From: a bacterium
GTDB lineage: Bacteria; Zhuqueibacterota; Zhuqueibacteria; Residuimicrobiales; Krinioviventaceae
Direction: 5' to 3'
NCBI GenBank assembly: GCA_963693055.1
Contig: OY843751.1
Coordinates: 992,001 to 1,056,000, forward strand
DNA length: 64,000 bases
Below are positions 58,487 to 64,000 of the stretch, one piece after another; position 1 is the stretch's first letter; each line of letters opens with the position of its first letter. The notes below the pieces were generated by a model, which ran no database searches, was not told the DNA's origin, and worked only from the letters and a program-made list of their open reading frames with translations. The position numbers and the translations under genes are program-made.

Positions 58487-58966
58487 ATGGAATTGTTGCA
58501 AAATGGTTTTGTATATCTTGTACCAATACTGCTGCCTAACCTGATTTGGCTTTTTTTATCAAACCATGATGAAATTGGTGAGGTTAAGAAAAGTTTAAAG
58601 ACAGTTTACAAGAATTTGTCAATTCTTGAGAATATTGGGCGCATTGGGATCTTTATTATACCCTTGTTTGGCAGTGTTTTAATTGATCAATATTACCCCT
58701 ATTTTGTAATAATGCTTTTTATTGGATTATTTGTTTATTATGCCGGCTGGGTACGGTATTTTATAAATGACCGAAAACCAGAATATTTATATTGTTCTTT
58801 ATGGAATTTGCCTTATCCTCTGGCTGTAGCCCCTGTTTTTTATTTTATGCTATTGTCATTATTAATTCTTTCAATACCTATGCTTCTTTTTTCAATAGTG
58901 TTTGGGATTGCTCATGTATTGAAAAGCAGGATAGATTATAATATACTGATGGATCAAAAAGAATAA
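58487..58966 (+). CDS. Hypothetical membrane protein
   Basis: Several hydrophobic segments; LPNL, ENIGR, YYAGWVRYF, PLAVAP. Confidence 0.65.
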   Translation: MELLQNGFVYLVPILLPNLIWLFLSNHDEIGEVKKSLKTVYKNLSILENIGRIGIFIIPLFGSVLIDQYYPYFVIMLFIGLFVYYAGWVRYFINDRKPEYLYCSLWNLPYPLAVAPVFYFMLLSLLILSIPMLLFSIVFGIAHVLKSRIDYNILMDQKE

Positions 58967-58985
58967 AAAAAGTCAGGATGTAGTT

Positions 58986-60245
58986 ATGAATTCTCGTGAT
59001 CGTATCCAATGTACTCTGGGCCATAAAGAACCGGATATTCTACCTGTTGATTTTGGTGGCGGGCCTGTAACAGGTATTGCTGTTCAGGTTGTGTATCAGC
59101 TTCGGCAGAGATTGGGTTTAGACAAGCCGGGTACTCATGTCAAAGTAATTGAACCTTATCAAATGCTGGGTGAAATAAAACCGGATTTGCAGGATGCATT
59201 AGGATTGGATGTGGTTTCTGTGAATAACAATGGAACCATGTTTGGATTTGATCTGGTTGATTGGAAGGAATGGACTACTCCTGATGGTACACCCGTACTT
59301 GTACCCGGATTGTTTAATACAAATAAAGATAACAATGGTGATATACTACAATATCCCAAAGGTAATGCCCAATTGCAGCCTTGTGCAAAAATGCCCAAAA
59401 GTAGTTATTTCTTTGATGCTATTGATCGCCAGCAACCCATTAATGAAGAAATGCTGGACCCTAAAGACAATCTGGAAGATTTTGAGCTATTAAAACAAAC
59501 GGAAATCGATCATTATCGGTTAGAAACTGATCGATTGTTCACGGAAACGCATAGAGCTATTTACAGCACTTTGCCCGGAGTAAGCTTTGGTGATGTTGCG
59601 CTGGTTCCCGGATTATTTCTGGAAAATCCCAGAGGTGTGCGCAGTGTTGAAGAGTGGTATATGAGTTCGCTAACTCGTCCCGATTATATCAAGGCTGTTT
59701 ATGAACAGCAGGCCGAGATTGCTTTGCAGAATTTGAAAACTTTGTATGAAACAGTAGGTGATAAAATATCTGTTATACAGATTAACGGTACCGATTTTGG
59801 AACTCAGAACGGTCCTTTTTGCTCCAAAGAACAATATCGTGATCTCTATTTACCCTATCAGAAAAAGCTTAACGATTGGATCCACGCAAATACCCCATGG
59901 AAAACATTTATTCATAGCTGCGGGGGAATTTATCCCTTGTTGGATGAAATTGCAGAAGCAGGATTTGATATCTTGAATCCCGTACAGAGTACTGCCAAAG
60001 ATATGGAACTGCCACGTTTGAAAAAAGAATATGGAGATACCTTTGTATTCTGGGGTGGTGGCGTAGACACACAGAATATTTTTCCTTTTGGTACACCTGA
60101 GCAGGTTAAAGAGGATGTTAAACAACGAATAGAAATTTTGGGTGATGGCGGTGGATTTGTTTTCAGTACCATACATAATATTGTAGCCAATGCCCCCATT
60201 GACAATGTTTTGGCCATGTTTGAAGTAATTAAAGATTATCGATAA
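58986..60245 (+). CDS. Uroporphyrinogen decarboxylase / MtaA-like methyltransferase family protein
   Basis: MNSRDR...H.EPD..P.D.GG, DFGTQ, FIHSCG, DILNPVQ, FWGGGVDTQ, HNI. Confidence 0.85.
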   Translation: MNSRDRIQCTLGHKEPDILPVDFGGGPVTGIAVQVVYQLRQRLGLDKPGTHVKVIEPYQMLGEIKPDLQDALGLDVVSVNNNGTMFGFDLVDWKEWTTPDGTPVLVPGLFNTNKDNNGDILQYPKGNAQLQPCAKMPKSSYFFDAIDRQQPINEEMLDPKDNLEDFELLKQTEIDHYRLETDRLFTETHRAIYSTLPGVSFGDVALVPGLFLENPRGVRSVEEWYMSSLTRPDYIKAVYEQQAEIALQNLKTLYETVGDKISVIQINGTDFGTQNGPFCSKEQYRDLYLPYQKKLNDWIHANTPWKTFIHSCGGIYPLLDEIAEAGFDILNPVQSTAKDMELPRLKKEYGDTFVFWGGGVDTQNIFPFGTPEQVKEDVKQRIEILGDGGGFVFSTIHNIVANAPIDNVLAMFEVIKDYR

Positions 60246-60418
60246 AAAAAATTATTGATAAGTGATATTAATACAATACATTTTGAAAGATAATTTATAT
60301 ATCTGATAATAGCAAAACTTTGTTTGAACTGATGATTTATATCTCAGTAATTAAAGTTTTTTAGTTTGTGATATGCATGTGGATTATACAATAGTTCATA
60401 ATCTTGCACCTTGAACTA

Positions 60419-61168
60419 TTAAAATTTGGAAAATCCGAGGCTAAAATTAAAATAAATATTATTGATGTTTGTATTTTCAATATAATTAAAATTTTCATCA
60501 TTAATATAGATTTTTGAAGCATCAACTCCAAAACCAACACATGCAAACAAATAGGATTTTCTAAATAGAAAATAATTTATTTCAAGAGCAAGTCCATATC
60601 CAGAAACATCAATTGCCTTGTTATAATTTTTAATCAATGTTACAAACTCTTTGTCTTGCCCTATAAAATTTGTCAGATTATTTTTCAAATATGAGACACG
60701 ATTCAGTTCCCCGAAAATAACCTTTGGTGATGTTGATATAGAGAATTTCAATTTTTTGATATGAAACCATCGGGAAATAATGGGGCCAATATTATTTAAA
60801 TAAAGTATTCCCTCTGGTGAACCATATTCCTCGTAATAATCATCTTTGATTCGTTGATTTACAGATCTGTATTGATAATTGAGACCTACAGAGTATTGTG
60901 TTGTTAGTTGATAATTTAGAGCTAAATTAAAATAATCTGTATAATAATGATATTCGAATGGCTTTGTGCTTGAATCGCTTTGGGATACAAAATGAATATT
61001 GAAAATGTTGACAAATTGTTCTTCTTCTGTTGTGATTTTGCTACTATGAGTTCCAATTCCAAAATTTGTTGTAAGCCAAAATGTTTTGTTTTTAGGAAAA
61101 CTTTCAGCTTTTAAATTTGCAGAAATGGTAATAATGAGTAGAAAACTGAATAATAATTTACAATTCAT
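60419..61168 (-). CDS. Hypothetical exported protein, probable small outer-membrane beta-barrel
   Basis: Signal peptide; alternating aromatic strands; C-terminal YFNFSLGFSKF. Confidence 0.55.
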   Translation of the reverse strand: MNCKLLFSFLLIITISANLKAESFPKNKTFWLTTNFGIGTHSSKITTEEEQFVNIFNIHFVSQSDSSTKPFEYHYYTDYFNLALNYQLTTQYSVGLNYQYRSVNQRIKDDYYEEYGSPEGILYLNNIGPIISRWFHIKKLKFSISTSPKVIFGELNRVSYLKNNLTNFIGQDKEFVTLIKNYNKAIDVSGYGLALEINYFLFRKSYLFACVGFGVDASKIYINDENFNYIENTNINNIYFNFSLGFSKF

Positions 61169-61348
61169 AGCGCCCCCTGTTTTTTAAGATCACTCTTTGT
61201 TAAATATATAGATGATTAAATAATATTTCAAGTTTAAAATAGTGATAAAAGATTTAAACATCGTGTCAAAGATCCCTATCGTACAACTCTAACACGATTA
61301 ACTTGAAGTAAATAAATATAATTGTTTTATATCTAACTTTTTTAGTGC

Positions 61349-62164
61349 TTACCCCAATGCAACATCCAGGGTCATCATGACTGCAAAGCCCAGCATGGCT
61401 CCAATGGTTGCTACGTCGCTGTGCTTGTCGAGTTGGGATTCTGGGATGAGTTCTTCAACCACAACATAGATCATTGCTCCTGCCGCAAATGCTAACGCAT
61501 AAGGAAGAATGGGGCGCATCTGCAAAACTGCCCAGGCACCCAGCACACCTGCTATGGGTTCGACTGTGCCTGAAAGCTGCCCGTACCAGAAACTTTTTCG
61601 CCTGCTTAATCCTTCTCTTCGCAGAGGTACAGATACCGCTGCACCTTCAGGAAAGTTTTGAATGCCAATACCAATTGCCAGTGCAACTGCTGCTGCAGTT
61701 GTAGCTGATGGAAGACCCGCAGCTGCTGCTCCAAATGCGACACCCACCGCTAAACCTTCGGGGAAATTATGAATGGTTATTGCTAAAACGAGTAAAATGC
61801 TCCGTTTCCATGTGGTTTGGGGCCCTTCCGCTTCGTCGGTTGGAAAACCTGGATGGAGGTGGGGTAACAATCTGTCAATCAACCACAAAAATGCTCCACC
61901 TCCCAAGAATCCAACTGTCGCGGGAATCCATGCGGGAATTGTCATTTGATTTTCAGCCATTTCTATTGCCGGCGCCAATAGTGACCAATAACTTGCGGCT
62001 ATCATAACACCTGCAGCAAAACCCAGCATGCCATTTAAAACATTATGTTTCACAGATTTGAAAAAGAATACCATTGCGGCACCTAATGCAGTAACAAACC
62101 ATGTGAAAAGTGTGCCGATCAGTGCTTGCATAACAGGGGGTTGCTGTGATATGAAATCAATCAT
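61349..62164 (-). CDS. ZIP family metal transporter (GufA/ZupT-like)
   Basis: [44 protein letters not shown]; ATG 62164 after GGAG. Confidence 0.93.
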   Translation of the reverse strand: MIDFISQQPPVMQALIGTLFTWFVTALGAAMVFFFKSVKHNVLNGMLGFAAGVMIAASYWSLLAPAIEMAENQMTIPAWIPATVGFLGGGAFLWLIDRLLPHLHPGFPTDEAEGPQTTWKRSILLVLAITIHNFPEGLAVGVAFGAAAAGLPSATTAAAVALAIGIGIQNFPEGAAVSVPLRREGLSRRKSFWYGQLSGTVEPIAGVLGAWAVLQMRPILPYALAFAAGAMIYVVVEELIPESQLDKHSDVATIGAMLGFAVMMTLDVALG

Positions 62165-62222
62165 TGTATTGTCTCCAAGGATGTTAAGAATATGTAACAG
62201 TATATAAAATGTGAATCTAATA

Positions 62223-62240
62223 TCCAACTTAAAAGTTGGA
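62223..62240. promoter_or_regulatory. Perfect inverted repeat, candidate operator between divergent ZIP and Trx-Grx genes
   Basis: TCCAACTT-AA-AAGTTGGA. Confidence 0.5.
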
Positions 62241-62353
62241 ATTATTATTCCATAAGATTCAGTTAATATGATGTAAAATTATTTTTTTTTGCATCCAACC
62301 CCAATATCCTGCATCTAAATTATAAACACTAGAGAAACAGCAGGAGAAAAAGA

Positions 62354-62932
62354 ATGCTAAAAGCGATTGAAAATGTTGAACAATACCAGCAGGTTGCTGA
62401 TAAAGAGAATTTTTATATTCTGGCCTTTTATTCAGATGCTTCTGAAAAAAGCAAACTGGCAATAAATGTACTTGATGATTTAAAGAATGACAATAGCGAC
62501 ACTCCGTTTTATTCAGTTAACGCTTCAACAGTCAAAGATATTCATCCCAAACTGGGTGTGAACAGTGTGCCTACGGTGCTGGCTGTTAAAGACGGTAAGG
62601 TTGTTAAAAACATTCAGGGATTGCAAAACCGCAATCATTACGAGATGCTGTTATATGATGCACCCGTGAAAAAAGATGGTACCGGAAAGGTCCGTCATTC
62701 TGTAACAGTTTATAGTACCCCCACGTGTTCCTGGTGTAACCGATTAAAACAGCATTTACGTCAGCACAGGGTCATGTTTCGGGATGTTGATGTCTCAAGA
62801 GACCAGCATGCCGCTCAGGAGTTGATGCGACGTACCGGACAAACCGGTGTACCGCAAACAGATATAGACGGTCAAATTATTGTAGGATTTGATCAAACCC
62901 GAATTGATTCATTATTGGGATTAGCGAAATAA
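62354..62932 (+). CDS. Thioredoxin-like (no CxxC) plus glutaredoxin-like (CSWC) fusion
   Basis: N-domain FYSDASEKS...GVNSVPTV; C-domain VYSTPTCSWC...GQTGVPQ...IVGFD. Confidence 0.85.
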   Translation: MLKAIENVEQYQQVADKENFYILAFYSDASEKSKLAINVLDDLKNDNSDTPFYSVNASTVKDIHPKLGVNSVPTVLAVKDGKVVKNIQGLQNRNHYEMLLYDAPVKKDGTGKVRHSVTVYSTPTCSWCNRLKQHLRQHRVMFRDVDVSRDQHAAQELMRRTGQTGVPQTDIDGQIIVGFDQTRIDSLLGLAK

Positions 62933-62961
62933 TATAAAAATTGATATGGAGGAAATGTAAC

Positions 62962-63246
62962 ATGCAAAATATTCAACCCGTAAACGGCAATGTATTGATA
63001 GCATTTGAAGACAGCTCGGAAGAAACAACCACCGGTGGAATTATAATTCCGGATACTGTTAAAGAAAAACCCAGCGAAGGCGTGATTGCTGGTATAGCTG
63101 CCGATGCTTCGGAACAGATTGCTGTGGGTGATCGTGTTATTTATAAAGCATATTCCGGGACTGAAGTCTCTTATGAAGGCAAAGACTATTTGATTGTTCC
63201 GGTGGGTGATATCCTTGCCAAATATGTAGAGGTAGATGCTATTTAA
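62962..63246 (+). CDS. groES: Co-chaperonin GroES family protein
   Basis: IQPVNGNVLI, TTGGIIIPDTVKEKP, VGDRVIY..YSGTEV, DILA; ATG 62962 after GGAGG. Confidence 0.88.
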   Translation: MQNIQPVNGNVLIAFEDSSEETTTGGIIIPDTVKEKPSEGVIAGIAADASEQIAVGDRVIYKAYSGTEVSYEGKDYLIVPVGDILAKYVEVDAI

Positions 63247-63280
63247 CTCTAAATACCAAGATTAGAGTTGTTGTGAATGA

Positions 63281-63314
63281 AAAACCGGATTGTTTAACTT
63301 TCCGGTTTTTTTTT
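63281..63314 (+). terminator. Intrinsic terminator after groES
   Basis: AAAACCGGA-loop-TCCGGTTTTTTTTT. Confidence 0.8.
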
Positions 63315-63440
63315 ATTGGGTATTGATTGATACTGTATGGGCTGCCTAAAAAAATAATTGTTCAGATAATTCCATTGAATATTATTAAATGTTGTTTTAT
63401 TTTACAAGATATCTGACCAACTAAAAGTGAGGTCCTCCCC

Positions 63441-64000
63441 ATGAAAAATGAAACAACCCGTCGGCAATTTTGTAAATCGGCCCTCGCGGCTACTCCTTTA
63501 GTAATGCTGAGTAACGCTTCCGCACAATCTCAACCAACCGGACTGTCAAAAAAACTGGGTATCGCATTGGTGGGATTGGGTTATTATAGTAAAGATTTAT
63601 TGGCCCCTGCCTTGCAAATGACGAAAAATTGTTATCTCGCCGGAATTGTTTCTTTCCCGATGGATGATCAACAATACTGGATTGATAAATACAATATTCC
63701 CCGTAAAAATATCTATGCGCATACTGATTTTGATGCTATTGCTGATAATCCCGATATTGATATCATTTATGTGGTTCTGCCAAACTCGATGCATCACGAG
63801 TATACCATTCGTGCCGCAAAAGCCGGCAAACATGTGATTTGTGAAAAGCCCATGGCACTTACGGTTAAAGAATGTCAGGAAATGATTGATGCTTGTAATG
63901 ATAATCACGTAAGATTGTCCATTGGGTATCGTTTGCATTACGAGCCATATACGCAAGAGGTGATGAGGTATGGTCGGGATAAAGTTTTTGGTGCTATTAA
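63441..64000 (+). CDS. Tat-exported Gfo/Idh/MocA oxidoreductase (glucose-fructose oxidoreductase-like), partial
   Basis: Not in ORF track. Manual translation MKNETTRRQFCKSALAA...KLGIALVGLGYYS...NPDIDIIYVVLPNSMHHEYTIRAAKAGKHVICEKPMA; RBS GAGG; runs off window end. Confidence 0.9.
   Translation, partial: MKNETTRRQFCKSALAATPLVMLSNASAQSQPTGLSKKLGIALVGLGYYSKDLLAPALQMTKNCYLAGIVSFPMDDQQYWIDKYNIPRKNIYAHTDFDAIADNPDIDIIYVVLPNSMHHEYTIRAAKAGKHVICEKPMALTVKECQEMIDACNDNHVRLSIGYRLHYEPYTQEVMRYGRDKVFGAI

Noticed and set aside
63245-63269. AACTCTAA-N9-TTAGAGTT as a CIRCE element near groES
   Set aside because: Downstream of the gene and does not match TTAGCACTC-N9-GAGTGCTAA; at most a weak hairpin

Overview
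AT-rich bacterial chromosomal window with about 43 CDS and one tRNA-Gly(CCC). I saw no integrase, transposase, CRISPR array or prophage. Four secreted proteins with YPNPFN-type (T9SS/FlgD-like) C-terminal sorting domains, a GWxTD-like TPR protein, a SusD-less TonB-dependent receptor and MCPs suggest an FCB-group lineage such as KSB1 or Calditrichota (inference only). Housekeeping content includes tamA/tamB-like, mscS, ackA, cmoAB, two glutamate dehydrogenases, xylB, slyD, dcp and groES. The standout is a two-gene operon (28999-30135) of contractile-injection-system/T4 gp19-type tail-tube proteins. Both carry N-terminal Sec signal peptides behind strong RBSs, and no sheath, baseplate, spike or lysis genes are nearby, which suggests domesticated, exported tail tubes. 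Other candidates are a receiver-PPDK_N-phosphohistidine protein with a Zn-ribbon gene between two GDHs, a CydA-like/cytochrome c pair, a membrane-anchored wHTH regulator-TBDR-secreted protein module with palindromic operators, and a tandem MCP duplication that copied its terminator and a sigma54-like promoter. All family calls come from motif recognition by eye; no database searches were run.
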